Assembly: GCA_028715785.1 (NCBI GenBank)
Contig: JAQURC010000002.1
Location: 76,322 to 140,321, forward strand
Direction: 5' to 3'
DNA length: 64,000 nt
Source of the DNA: Candidatus Omnitrophota bacterium
Lineage (GTDB): Bacteria; Omnitrophota; Gorgyraeia; Gygaellales; Profunditerraquicolaceae
Shown: positions 1-9,066 of the stretch, in pieces
Numbering within the stretch: the first letter of the stretch is position 1
Layout of the letters: every line of letters begins with the position of its first letter
Made by a program: the position numbers and the translations under genes
The notes under the pieces: generated by a model
What the model was told of the DNA's origin: nothing
Database searches by the model: none
What the model saw: the letters and a program-made list of their open reading frames with translations, nothing else

Positions 1-5
1 GAGAA

Positions 6-1274
6 ATGAGAATAGTTCCAGTTGCAGGTTGGTTTTTAGCAGCGCAGTTGGTCCTGGCGACCTTGTCGTTTGCCGCTGAAACTGATGTGGACAGGCTGCT
101 TGAGTTTTTGATCAAGGAGAGAGTTATTACCCAGGAAAAAGCTACGGAATTCAGGGCGGATTTAGCGATAAAGAAACAGGATGAAAAGCAGCCATCGGCT
201 GTTCCTGATTGGGTGTCCAGGACAAAATTAAAAGGAGATTTTCGCCTGCGTTATGAGTGGGACCAGAATAAAGGCCAATCCGATTACAACAGGGCCAGAA
301 TCATGGCCAGGTTAGGCCTGGAAACCAAAGTTAATGAAAAAGTAAAACTGGGTATTGGAATAGCCACAGGTTCCTCAAGCGATCCCCGTACATCATATGT
401 CACCTTGGGCACTAACGTTGGCCAAACTAACACTCCGGACTCCGCTAAAAACGTGGTCTTGAATTATGCTTATGGAGAGTATACGCCTTTTAAAGAATTA
501 AGGCTCATCGGTGGAAAGTTCCAGGATGTAATTTGGCGGCCGTCGGATGTATTTTGGGACACGGACATAAATCCTGAAGGCGCGGGGTTTAACTTTGACT
601 ATAAGCTTAATTCCAAGGTTGGTTTATTTTGGAACGAACTGTTCAATGTATTGAGGAATGATGATCGTACTTCTAAGCAGGTGTTTATGTCAGTAACCCA
701 GCCGGGCGTAAACATTGCGGTTAATGATGAAATTAACCTTAAGTCAGCGTTGGCAGTCAATGTTTTTTCGAATATCAAAGGAGCGGCGAAATTTTCAAAT
801 TCCAGCGGCACCAACAGCTTAACTGCGGGAAATCAATACAAGTATAATTACAATTCTTTCCAACCTTCTTTGGAATTGAGCTTTAAGGAGCCTTTTGGCG
901 GGTTGGTTCCTTATGGGGCTTTATTCGGCGACTATGTCTATAATTTTAGTTTGCCCGATAGCGCCACCGGCAGAGGGGGTTATGATTTTGGCCTGAAATT
1001 CGGGAAAGCAAAAGTTGAAAATTGGAAGGATTGGCAGGCTAAGATTATCTATTCAAAAGTGGGCCGGGACGCCTGGTTGGATATTTTTCCGGATTCTTCC
1101 CGATATTCCGGAAAGACTAATGATCAGGTTGTTGAAACACAGTTTGATTTTGGCCTTGGTAAAAATACCTCGCTGACTCTAGACTACTATTATGGCTGGA
1201 ATCTTATTAAGTCAAACAGCGCCTCCAATGCGCCGGCGCAGGTCCTGCAGGTTGACTGGAATGTGAAATTCTAA
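6..1274 (+). CDS. outer-membrane anion/phosphate-selective porin (OprO/OprP-like)
   Basis: 422 aa. Signal peptide MRIVPVAGWFLAAQLVLATLSFAAE, then a charged coiled-coil segment and a beta-rich body ending in ...DWNVKF (C-terminal Phe typical of OM beta-barrels). Lies directly upstream of pstSCAB. Confidence 0.55.
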   Translation: MRIVPVAGWFLAAQLVLATLSFAAETDVDRLLEFLIKERVITQEKATEFRADLAIKKQDEKQPSAVPDWVSRTKLKGDFRLRYEWDQNKGQSDYNRARIMARLGLETKVNEKVKLGIGIATGSSSDPRTSYVTLGTNVGQTNTPDSAKNVVLNYAYGEYTPFKELRLIGGKFQDVIWRPSDVFWDTDINPEGAGFNFDYKLNSKVGLFWNELFNVLRNDDRTSKQVFMSVTQPGVNIAVNDEINLKSALAVNVFSNIKGAAKFSNSSGTNSLTAGNQYKYNYNSFQPSLELSFKEPFGGLVPYGALFGDYVYNFSLPDSATGRGGYDFGLKFGKAKVENWKDWQAKIIYSKVGRDAWLDIFPDSSRYSGKTNDQVVETQFDFGLGKNTSLTLDYYYGWNLIKSNSASNAPAQVLQVDWNVKF

Positions 1275-1275
1275 A

Positions 1276-1325
1276 CACCCCGCGCTTATAAGGTATTGCG
1301 CGGGTGTGCCCTTGTGGGCTAGGAG
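1276..1325 (+). repeat. intercistronic two-hairpin element, copy 1 of 5, immediately 5' of the pstS RBS and start
   Basis: CACCCCGCGC-TTATAAGGTATT-GCGCGGGTG (about 9-bp stem) + GCCC-TTGT-GGGC (4-bp stem) + AGGAG, 8 nt before the ATG. Near-identical copies at 6765, 46996 and 63701; a covarying copy at 41808. Confidence 0.7.
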
Positions 1326-1331
1326 CTAAAA

Positions 1332-2270
1332 ATGAAAAATATAATTATTAGTTTATTGGTAGCAAGTTTCTTGAGTGTTTCAGGAGGCAGTGTTTTAGCC
1401 CGGGATAAAGAGCCCGAGGGGACAATAACCCTGTCCGGCGCCTGGGCGATCTATCCAACGGCAGTGGCCTGGGCCGAGGCGTTTCAAAAGAAGTATTCTA
1501 AAGTAAAAATCGATGTTTCAGCCGGAGGCGCGGGAAAAGGCGCCGCCGATGCTATTGCCGGTTTAGTGGATATCGGGATGGTTTCGCGCGATCCGGATCC
1601 CGCGGAAATAAAAAAAGGGATAACTCCAATATATATCCTGCATGACGCGGTATTCCCTGTGACTAGCGACAAAAATCCGGCAGTTGCCGGGCTTCTAAAA
1701 AAAGGAGTGAAGCTGAGCACTTGGATTGGTATCTATATTGACGGATTGGTTACTACCTGGGATCAGGTAGTCGGCAGCAAGGTGGATAAAAAGATCCATG
1801 TTTATACCCGTTCGGATTCCTGCGGCGCGGCCCAAAGCTGGGCGGCATATTTAGGCAAGAAACAGGAGGATTTAAAGGGTGTAGGTATTTATGGCGACCC
1901 GGGCCTGCTGGAAGCAGCCAAAAGAGACCCTATAGGCCTTGGTTTTAATAACTTCAGTTATATTTTTACCCGGGATGGAAGTGTAGTTAACGGAGCAAGG
2001 ATAGTGCCGATTGATTCCAATGAAAATGGCATTGCCGATAGCGATGAAATCTATACAAACCGTGAAGCCGCCATTAAAGCCATCCGGGCCGGCAGGTACC
2101 CGGCGACAAGAAAAAATTATTTTTTTGTTAAAGGCAAGCCCGGCGGGTTAGTCAAGGAGTTTATCGAGTTTACGCTTTCTGAGGAAGGCGCAAAGATAGT
2201 TGATGAAACCGGGGCGAGTTTATCTTTGCCTCGGGCAGAAAGAGAAAAGATATTGAAAAATCTGGAATGA
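1332..2270 (+). CDS. pstS: phosphate ABC transporter substrate-binding protein PstS
   Basis: 312 aa with signal peptide; PBP-type motifs (TLSGAWAIYP, SAGGAGKGAADAIAGLVDIG); followed by pstC, pstA and pstB. Confidence 0.8.
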   Translation: MKNIIISLLVASFLSVSGGSVLARDKEPEGTITLSGAWAIYPTAVAWAEAFQKKYSKVKIDVSAGGAGKGAADAIAGLVDIGMVSRDPDPAEIKKGITPIYILHDAVFPVTSDKNPAVAGLLKKGVKLSTWIGIYIDGLVTTWDQVVGSKVDKKIHVYTRSDSCGAAQSWAAYLGKKQEDLKGVGIYGDPGLLEAAKRDPIGLGFNNFSYIFTRDGSVVNGARIVPIDSNENGIADSDEIYTNREAAIKAIRAGRYPATRKNYFFVKGKPGGLVKEFIEFTLSEEGAKIVDETGASLSLPRAEREKILKNLE

Positions 2271-2282
2271 TAGTAATAATAA

Positions 2283-2308
2283 GGGAGGGCAGTAAAAGCT
2301 GCCTTCCC
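2283..2308 (+). terminator. hairpin after pstS (terminator-like)
   Basis: GGGAGGGCAG-taaaag-CTGCCTTCCC inverted repeat just after the pstS stop; the downstream T-tract is weak. Confidence 0.35.
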
Positions 2309-2362
2309 TTACTGCAAAGATAGTTAATAAAATACTGCGCAAGCTACAGGGCAAGGAGAGAT

Positions 2363-3292
2363 TTGAATATCAGAATAATTAAAGAAAATTTGGTTCGCCG
2401 GGCCATGTTTGGTCTATGCCTTTTTGTGTTTAGCCTTATATTTCTGATGGCGTTTGGTTTGTACCAAAAGTCTAAACCAATACTGGCAATAGTAAGTTTA
2501 AAAGATTTACTGTTTTCTTCAAGCTGGCATCCGACTCAAGGCCATTTTGGTTTGAGTAGTTTTATCGCCGGTACATTTTGGGTAACGGCAATCGCGGTGA
2601 TTATTGCCGTGCCTTTAAGTATACTGACGGCCATATATATTTCAGAATATGCCTCTGGCTGCGTACGGAGGCTTGCTAAACCGATAATTGATTTGCTCGC
2701 AGGTATTTCGCCGATTATCTTCGGTGTCTGGGGTATAATCGCGGTTGTGCCTTTGGTGCGGGATTATCTGATGCCCTTTTTTAGCAGGAGATTTTCGTTT
2801 TTTCCATTTGTTTCTGATAATTATACCGGTTTTTCCGCCTTAACCGGGGGCATTGTTTTGGCGGTAATGACTTTTCCGATAATAATTTCCGTTGTCGAAG
2901 AGGTATTAAGAACCGTGCCCTTTGAAATTAGAGAAGCTTCATTGGCATTAGGGGCGACTAAATGGCAAACCATAAAATATGCTGTTTTGAAGAAAGCCAG
3001 GCCCGGAATAATTGCGGCGGTAATCCTGGGGGTTTCGCGCGCCTTTGGGGAAACAATGGCGGTTTTAATGGTGGCAGGTTGTTCTCTGGGCGTATTTCCT
3101 AAATCCGTCTTTGATCCTGCTTATCCGTTGCCGGCCTTGATTGCCAATACCTACGGTGAAATGATGTCTATACCGTTATATGATTCAGCGGTGCTTTTGG
3201 CGGCATTTATCTTATTGATCGTAACCGCTTTATTTAATATGGTTGGCTGGGGAATACTGCTTTACATTGAAAGGAAACAAGCCAGTGGATAA
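2363..3292 (+). CDS. pstC: phosphate ABC transporter permease PstC
   Basis: 309-aa polytopic membrane protein with the ABC permease EAA-like region (EASLALGATKWQTIKYAVL). TTG start per ORF track; an alternative ATG at 2405. Confidence 0.75.
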   Translation: MNIRIIKENLVRRAMFGLCLFVFSLIFLMAFGLYQKSKPILAIVSLKDLLFSSSWHPTQGHFGLSSFIAGTFWVTAIAVIIAVPLSILTAIYISEYASGCVRRLAKPIIDLLAGISPIIFGVWGIIAVVPLVRDYLMPFFSRRFSFFPFVSDNYTGFSALTGGIVLAVMTFPIIISVVEEVLRTVPFEIREASLALGATKWQTIKYAVLKKARPGIIAAVILGVSRAFGETMAVLMVAGCSLGVFPKSVFDPAYPLPALIANTYGEMMSIPLYDSAVLLAAFILLIVTALFNMVGWGILLYIERKQASG

Positions 3293-4136
3293 AAGAAGGA
3301 TTGAAGAGAATGTATTTAAAGGGCTCATGGTATTTTCTACGTTTATTGTGGCCAGCAGCTTAGTTCTTATTTTGATAACTATATTTATAAAAGGATTTCC
3401 CGCGTTAAATTTAGACATGATCATTAAGACGCCTAAGGGCGGGTATTATCTGGGTAAAGAAGGCGGGGTGCTCAATGCTATCTTAGGGTCGCTTATTTTA
3501 GGAACAGCAGCGACATTTTTGGCTTTATTGGTCAGCTTACCTTTAGTTTTTTATTTAAATTTATACCTGAAGAAAAATTCAAGGCTTGCTTTATCCGTGC
3601 GTTTCATCCTGGACGTGCTCTGGGGTATACCGTCCATTGTTTATGGCGCGTTTGGTTTTACCTTGATGGTATTTTTCGGACTGCGGGCCTCGCTCTTAGC
3701 CGGCATAATTACCGTGGCGTTATTAATAATTCCCATTATGGCAAGAAGCATAGATGAGGTTTTAAAGATGATTCCTTTTGAATTAAAAGAAGCCTCATAC
3801 GCTTTGGGGGCGACTAAATTAGAAACGTCAATTAAGGTGATTTTCAGGCAAGCCCTGCCGGGCATATTAACGGCAATCCTGATTGCCTTTGGCAGAGGCA
3901 TAGGGGATGCGGCCTCGGTTTTATTTACAGCCAGCTTTACCGATTCCCTGCCTTATTCTTTATTTAAACCGGTAGCTACGCTGCCTTTGTCCATATTTTT
4001 TCAATTAGGCACTCCTTTTCCTGAAGTTCAGCAGCGCGGCTACGCCTCCGCGTTAATCTTAACGGTGATAATTCTATTCATAAGCATATTATCCAGGATT
4101 TTATCCGGGAAATTTACCAAGCATACGATCAAATAA
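3285..4136 (+). CDS. pstA: phosphate ABC transporter permease PstA
   Basis: Membrane protein with EASYALGATKLETSIKVIFRQALPG permease signature. Probable GTG start at 3285 in the ORF that begins at 3243 and overlaps the pstC 3' end. Confidence 0.75.
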   Translation: MDKRRIEENVFKGLMVFSTFIVASSLVLILITIFIKGFPALNLDMIIKTPKGGYYLGKEGGVLNAILGSLILGTAATFLALLVSLPLVFYLNLYLKKNSRLALSVRFILDVLWGIPSIVYGAFGFTLMVFFGLRASLLAGIITVALLIIPIMARSIDEVLKMIPFELKEASYALGATKLETSIKVIFRQALPGILTAILIAFGRGIGDAASVLFTASFTDSLPYSLFKPVATLPLSIFFQLGTPFPEVQQRGYASALILTVIILFISILSRILSGKFTKHTIK

Positions 4137-4148
4137 GAGGTGAAAACA

Positions 4149-5162
4149 ATGAAATTTAAGACTCACATAAGCGTAAAAAATTTAAGCGTCTGGTATGGCC
4201 GGCATCAGGCGTTGAATAATATCTCCATCGATATCCCGGATAAAAAGATAACCGCGATAATCGGGCCTTCCGGCTGCGGAAAGTCTACTTTGCTTAAGTC
4301 CTTTAACCGTTTGGTCGAGTTGCAGGACGGGGCTAAGGTCGCCGGGGAGGTATTGGTTGATGGAGAAGATATCTATAATCCTAAAGTCGAAGTTACGCAT
4401 TTAAGAAAAAAGATGGGCTTGCTTTCTCAGCGGCCCCAGGTTTTGCCGGCATCTATTTATGAGAATGTGGCTTATGGGTTAAGAATACACGGCATAAAGG
4501 ATAAGAGAAAATTAGATGAAGTTGTGCGGCATTATTTAAAAGAGTCAAATCTTTGGGATGAAGTAAAGGATAGGCTGCATAGTTCCGCTTCGAAATTATC
4601 TATCGGCCAGCAGCAAAGGCTCTGCCTGGCAAGAGGTTTAGCGGTTGAGCCGGAGGTAATCTTGGGGGATGAGCCTACCTCGGCATTAGACCCGCTTTCT
4701 GCGGAATGCATTGAACAACGTTTATTAGAGCTTAAAAATCAATACACCATAGTTTTGGTTACCCATATTTTAAGGCAGGCCAGGCGCCTTGCCGACCACA
4801 TTATTTTTTTGTATTTAGGCAACCTCATTGAGCATGGCCCGGCAGAGGAGGTTTTAAAGAACCCCAGGTATCTAAAAACTAAAAGTTATCTTGAGGGCAA
4901 ATTTATCGAAGAGCCAAAAATCGATAAAGAACTGAATTTAAGAGGGGTCATTTACCCGGATAATTTAATAGCGGCAAAATTGGCATTGGGGGATTTACAA
5001 TTTGGCCAAATATTAAAGATCATCGTTGATTATGAGCAGGCGGCAAGCGAACTTCCCAAAGCAATCGAGCATGAAGGCCACAAGATCCTTGAAGTAACAA
5101 AACTTGACAAAAACGATGGGGCGATAATTGTTCAGAAACATAATGGCGGCTATGTGATATAA
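4149..5162 (+). CDS. pstB: phosphate ABC transporter ATPase PstB with C-terminal Cys-less TusA-like domain
   Basis: Walker A GPSGCGKST, signature LSIGQQQRL, Walker B ILGDEPTSALD. An extra 85 aa follow the PstB core (ELNLRGVIYPDNLIAAKLALGDLQFGQILKIIVDYEQAASELPKAIEHEGHKILEV...) that match the TusA fold pattern, but the CP of the CPxP motif is replaced by YP. RBS AAGAGGTG sits 6 nt before the ATG at 4149. Confidence 0.8.
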   Translation: MKFKTHISVKNLSVWYGRHQALNNISIDIPDKKITAIIGPSGCGKSTLLKSFNRLVELQDGAKVAGEVLVDGEDIYNPKVEVTHLRKKMGLLSQRPQVLPASIYENVAYGLRIHGIKDKRKLDEVVRHYLKESNLWDEVKDRLHSSASKLSIGQQQRLCLARGLAVEPEVILGDEPTSALDPLSAECIEQRLLELKNQYTIVLVTHILRQARRLADHIIFLYLGNLIEHGPAEEVLKNPRYLKTKSYLEGKFIEEPKIDKELNLRGVIYPDNLIAAKLALGDLQFGQILKIIVDYEQAASELPKAIEHEGHKILEVTKLDKNDGAIIVQKHNGGYVI

Positions 5163-5210
5163 TCAGATAAGAGAGAGTATAATATTTTAGGCTAAAAGAG
5201 AGGCTCAAGC

Positions 5211-6176
5211 GTGAATTTTTATCTTATCGGAACAGATTGTCAAAGCGCGGATTTAATTAAACGCGAGCAGATCAGCGCAAGGCGCCGGCAGATCAGCCTT
5301 TACTGGGCAAAGTTTTTTTCTGAAATGGCGGCATTATCTACCTGTAATCGTTTTGAGCTTTATGGAATTGCCGGTGAATCAATAAAATTTCCGCGGATTG
5401 AGGCGGGTTGGTATTTTATAGAGGGCAAGGTAAATGTTTTTGCTCACGCTTTGAGGGTGGCTGTCGGCCTTGAGTCCCGCCTTAAAGGGGAATTACAAAT
5501 TTTAGAGCAGATAAATTCCTGGTCTAATAAGATTCCCGCAAGCTTAGCCGGACTTTGGAACAGGGCTTACTCCGACGCTCTTCTTATACGCGGGGAATCA
5601 GGGCTCAATGGCCGGGATAATATTGCTACTTTTGTATTCGATGACATGAAAAAAAAATTAACCCGGGGAAATGAATTGAGAATTGTGGTAATCGGAACAG
5701 GCAAGATTGCCGGGCTTTTGGCGGAGCACCGGCCTGCTAAGGCGCGTTTAATTTTTGCGGCCCATAAAAATAAATTTGCCGCCGAAAAACTGGCGGAATC
5801 AGCCCGCGGCGTAACGGTATCTTTAAGTGGCTTAGCTGAAGTTTTAGCTGAAGCGGATTTTTTAGTCAGCGCTACCGCAAGCCCGCATTTTATTCTTAAG
5901 GCGGAAGAATTGGAAAGGATAGCTTGGCGGCGCAAGAGGCCATTGTATATTTATGATTTAGCCGTCCCCAGGGATATCGAGCCGGCGGCAGGCCAAATAG
6001 CGGGGATAGTTTTAAAGAACCTTGATGATTTATCTTTTGTTTTCAAAGAGCATAATGATAGAATAAAAAATAATTTGTTTCTGGCGGAATACCTTGTCGG
6101 AGAAAAGATTAAAGAATATGAAAAAAACTTTAAGGTTGGGAGCCCGCCCAAGCCCGCTATCCTTAAAACAGGTTGA
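5211..6176 (+). CDS. hemA: glutamyl-tRNA reductase HemA (short; C-terminal dimerization domain apparently absent)
   Basis: LSTCNRFELYG catalytic-Cys motif and NADPH-binding VIGTGKIAGLLAEH. Only 321 aa versus about 420 canonical. GTG start. Confidence 0.65.
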   Translation: MNFYLIGTDCQSADLIKREQISARRRQISLYWAKFFSEMAALSTCNRFELYGIAGESIKFPRIEAGWYFIEGKVNVFAHALRVAVGLESRLKGELQILEQINSWSNKIPASLAGLWNRAYSDALLIRGESGLNGRDNIATFVFDDMKKKLTRGNELRIVVIGTGKIAGLLAEHRPAKARLIFAAHKNKFAAEKLAESARGVTVSLSGLAEVLAEADFLVSATASPHFILKAEELERIAWRRKRPLYIYDLAVPRDIEPAAGQIAGIVLKNLDDLSFVFKEHNDRIKNNLFLAEYLVGEKIKEYEKNFKVGSPPKPAILKTG

Positions 6177-6831
6177 TGAAATAAAGGATATTTTCCCCTT
6201 TATTGATTTTGAGGTTCTTACTTATCAAACGCAGGGGGATAGGGATAAACATACGCCTTTTACGGGCTTGGAAGGCAGTGATTTTTTTACCCGCCGGCTT
6301 GAAGAGGCGTTGTTAAAAAACGAGATAGATGTTGCGGTGCATAGCGCTAAAGATTTAGAAGAAAATCCGCCTTCCGGATTAACAATTGCCGCGATCACCG
6401 CCTCCATAAGCCCTTATGAATGCCTGGTTTCTTGCGGCAATAAACTTTTGGGGGCGCTTAAGCCGGGCAGCAAGGTTGCTACCAGCAGCTCCAAACGCAA
6501 AAACGCGCTTTTACGCTATCGCAGCGATCTTGAAATATGCGATGTGCGCGGCAATATCGAAGAACGTTTATATCAGTTGGATGCGGGGAAGTTTGACGCT
6601 CTCATTGTGGCGCATGCGGCCCTGATTAGGCTTGGGCTTGAAAATAGGATCGCGGAAATTATCCCTGATTGGATTATTCCCGCGCACCCTTTGCAAGGGT
6701 CTTTAGCCCTGCAGGTGCGCAGTGATAATCAAGGTTTAATAGATCTATTCAGTGTAGTAAGCAACACCCCGCGCTTAAAGGAATTGCGCGGGTGCGCCCT
6801 TGCGGGCAAGGAGAAAAAGAATGCGGATTAA
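6118..6831 (+). CDS. hemC: porphobilinogen deaminase HemC (short; most of domain 3 missing)
   Basis: MKKTLRLGARPSPLSLKQ N-terminus with HSAKDL and ALIVAHAALIRLGLE motifs. About 237 aa versus about 310. The last ~20 codons are encoded by repeat-element copy 2. Overlaps the hemA 3' end by about 59 nt in another frame. Confidence 0.65.
   Translation: MKKTLRLGARPSPLSLKQVDEIKDIFPFIDFEVLTYQTQGDRDKHTPFTGLEGSDFFTRRLEEALLKNEIDVAVHSAKDLEENPPSGLTIAAITASISPYECLVSCGNKLLGALKPGSKVATSSSKRKNALLRYRSDLEICDVRGNIEERLYQLDAGKFDALIVAHAALIRLGLENRIAEIIPDWIIPAHPLQGSLALQVRSDNQGLIDLFSVVSNTPRLKELRGCALAGKEKKNAD
6765..6813 (+). repeat. intercistronic two-hairpin element, copy 2 (overlaps hemC 3' codons; 5' of thiS-metY start)
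   Basis: CACCCCGCGC-TTAAAGGAATT-GCGCGGGTG + GCCC-TTGC-GGGC + AAGGAG, then ATG at 6821. Confidence 0.7.
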
Positions 6832-8260
6832 AATAAACGGCAAAGAACAATTGGTTGATGATCGGGATCCATCGATTACCGGATTACTAAAGGCGGCTAA
6901 TGTGGAAAATCCCCAGATGGTCTCTGTTCAGCTCAACGGGAAATTTGTTGACCGGTCGAAATTTGACAAGCTGCGTTTGAAAGAGGGTGACCATCTGGAT
7001 TTTCTTTATTTTATGGGAGGAGGGAACGGATTAAGATTTATCACTAAAATTTTGCATACTAAATTTTCAAAAGAAGATCCGCACGGGTCTTTGCATATGC
7101 CGGTCTATGACAATGTGGCTTTTGAGTTTAAGACCGCCGAGGACCTGGAGCTTGCCTTCCAGGGCAAGAAACCTTCACATATGTACAGCCGCATAAGTAA
7201 TCCTACGGTCGAACATTTTGAACAAAGAATCAAGGCTATAACCGCTGGCGCGGGTGTAATCGCGCTTTCTTCCGGAATGGCGGCTATCTCCAATACCATT
7301 TTAACCGTTGCCAGGAGCAAAGATAATATCATTACTTCCAAACACCTTTTCGGCAACACCTATTCTTTATTTGAAAATACGCTTAAAGAGTGGGGTTTAG
7401 AGACCCGCTATGTTGATTTGACCAGGCCGGAAAAAGTAAGCCGGCTTATCGACGCAAAAACCAAAGCGATATTCCTTGAGACAATTACCAATCCCCAGCT
7501 TGAGGTGGCGGATATCAAGGCTCTTTCTGAAATAGCTGGAAGAAAAAATATCCTGCTTATTGCCGATACTACCATGACCCCGCCGTATATTTTTTCAGCC
7601 AAGGAATTCGGCGTGGATATTGAAGTTATCTCAAGCACCAAGTGGATTTCCGGAGGCGCAACCAGCGTCGGAGGTTTAATTATCGACCATGGGCTTTATG
7701 ATTGGAAAAAGAATGATAAGCTGCATAGTGACGCGGTTAAGTTCGGCCCTTTTGCTTTTATCAGCCGGCTCAGGCGTGAGGTGTACAGGAACATCGGGGC
7801 CTGTATGTCCGCGCATAACGCCTATCTTCAAGGCTTGGGGCTGGAAACATTGCCGTTGAGGCTTGATATTGCCTGCGCCAATACGCTTAAGATCGCGGAA
7901 TTTTTAAAAGAGGCCTCCCGGGTGAAATCCGTAAATTATCCCGGGCTTGGCGATTCTGCTTACTATGAAACTGCCCGTAAGCAATTCGGGGATAAGCCGG
8001 GGGCGGTTTTAACTTTTGACCTGGCATCGAAAAAAGAGTGTTTTTGTTTCCTGAATAACTTAAAACTTATCCGCAGGGCTACGAATTTACATGATAACCG
8101 CTCGCTGATTTTGCATCCGGGATCAACGATCTTTTGCGAATACGACGACGCGCTTAAAAATGAGATGGGGGTAAGGGACACTTTGATCAGGCTTGCCGTG
8201 GGTATCGAGGATTACCGGGATTTAATTTCCGATATACAACAGGCCCTGGAGGGTTTATGA
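6821..8260 (+). CDS. ThiS/MoaD-like sulfur-carrier domain (ends FMGGG) fused to O-acetylhomoserine sulfhydrylase (MetY)
   Basis: The N-terminal 66 aa have the ThiS pattern and end in Gly-Gly-Gly. The remainder is PLP-dependent OAH sulfhydrylase (HMYSRISNPTV, SSTKWISGGATSVGG). The ATG is preceded by the element RBS. Confidence 0.75.
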   Translation: MRIKINGKEQLVDDRDPSITGLLKAANVENPQMVSVQLNGKFVDRSKFDKLRLKEGDHLDFLYFMGGGNGLRFITKILHTKFSKEDPHGSLHMPVYDNVAFEFKTAEDLELAFQGKKPSHMYSRISNPTVEHFEQRIKAITAGAGVIALSSGMAAISNTILTVARSKDNIITSKHLFGNTYSLFENTLKEWGLETRYVDLTRPEKVSRLIDAKTKAIFLETITNPQLEVADIKALSEIAGRKNILLIADTTMTPPYIFSAKEFGVDIEVISSTKWISGGATSVGGLIIDHGLYDWKKNDKLHSDAVKFGPFAFISRLRREVYRNIGACMSAHNAYLQGLGLETLPLRLDIACANTLKIAEFLKEASRVKSVNYPGLGDSAYYETARKQFGDKPGAVLTFDLASKKECFCFLNNLKLIRRATNLHDNRSLILHPGSTIFCEYDDALKNEMGVRDTLIRLAVGIEDYRDLISDIQQALEGL

Positions 8261-9066
8261 TGAGTTTTACCGAACAGCAGATAGAGCGTTATAGCCGCCA
8301 CATCATTCTTGGCGACGTCGGAGTTGAGGGGCAGGAAAAAATTTCGAATGGAAAGGTGCTGATTATCGGTACCGGAGGGCTTGGCGCGCCGGCTGCTTTA
8401 TATTTGGCAGCCGCCGGTGTCGGCACGATTGGTTTAGTTGACGGGGATAATGTCGAGCTGTCAAACTTGCAGCGGCAGGTCATTCACTTTACTCCCGATG
8501 TCGGTAAGCCTAAAGTATTGTCGGCCCAAGAAAAAATCGCTTCTATTAATCCGGATGTCAAAGTCGTTACCTATCAGAGCAGGGTTTATTCAGGCAATAT
8601 CGCCGGAATTATTAAAGGTTACGATTTTATTATCGACGGGACGGATAATTTTGCCGCTAAATTTTTAATTAATGATGCCTGTGTTTTCGCTGCTAAGCCG
8701 TTTTCACACGGGGGAATTTTACGTTTTGACGGACAGAGCATGACTTATCTTCCGGGCCAGACATGTTATAGGTGTATATTTACCGGGCCTCCTCCTAAAG
8801 GGGCGGTTCCGACTTGTTCGCAAACCGGTATTTTAGGGGCGGTTGCCGGTATGCTGGGCACGATCCAGGCGGCTGAAGCCTTGAAATTTCTTATTGGAAA
8901 AGGGGAGCTTCTGGTGAACCGGCTGCTGATCTTTAATGCTTTGGATATGAAGTTCCGCCAGGCGCAGTTCAAAAGAAATCCGGATTGTCCTGTGTGCGGA
9001 AATAATCCGACAATTAAGGGATTGATTGATGAAGAACTGCCTGCTTGTGATTTAAAACATAAATGA
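8257..9066 (+). CDS. E1-like adenylyltransferase (MoeB/ThiF/HcyF-type)
   Basis: GTGGLGAPAALYLAAAGVG nucleotide-binding loop; C-terminal CxxC...CxxC zinc motif (CYRC, CPVC). Confidence 0.8.
   Translation: MMSFTEQQIERYSRHIILGDVGVEGQEKISNGKVLIIGTGGLGAPAALYLAAAGVGTIGLVDGDNVELSNLQRQVIHFTPDVGKPKVLSAQEKIASINPDVKVVTYQSRVYSGNIAGIIKGYDFIIDGTDNFAAKFLINDACVFAAKPFSHGGILRFDGQSMTYLPGQTCYRCIFTGPPPKGAVPTCSQTGILGAVAGMLGTIQAAEALKFLIGKGELLVNRLLIFNALDMKFRQAQFKRNPDCPVCGNNPTIKGLIDEELPACDLKHK

Noticed and set aside
1276-1325. Interpretation of the repeated element as a metabolite riboswitch
   Set aside because: The downstream genes are functionally unrelated (pstS, metY fusion, panD, dnaK, BNR protein). The element is only about 50 nt and sits directly on the RBS, which fits a REP-like or processing element better.
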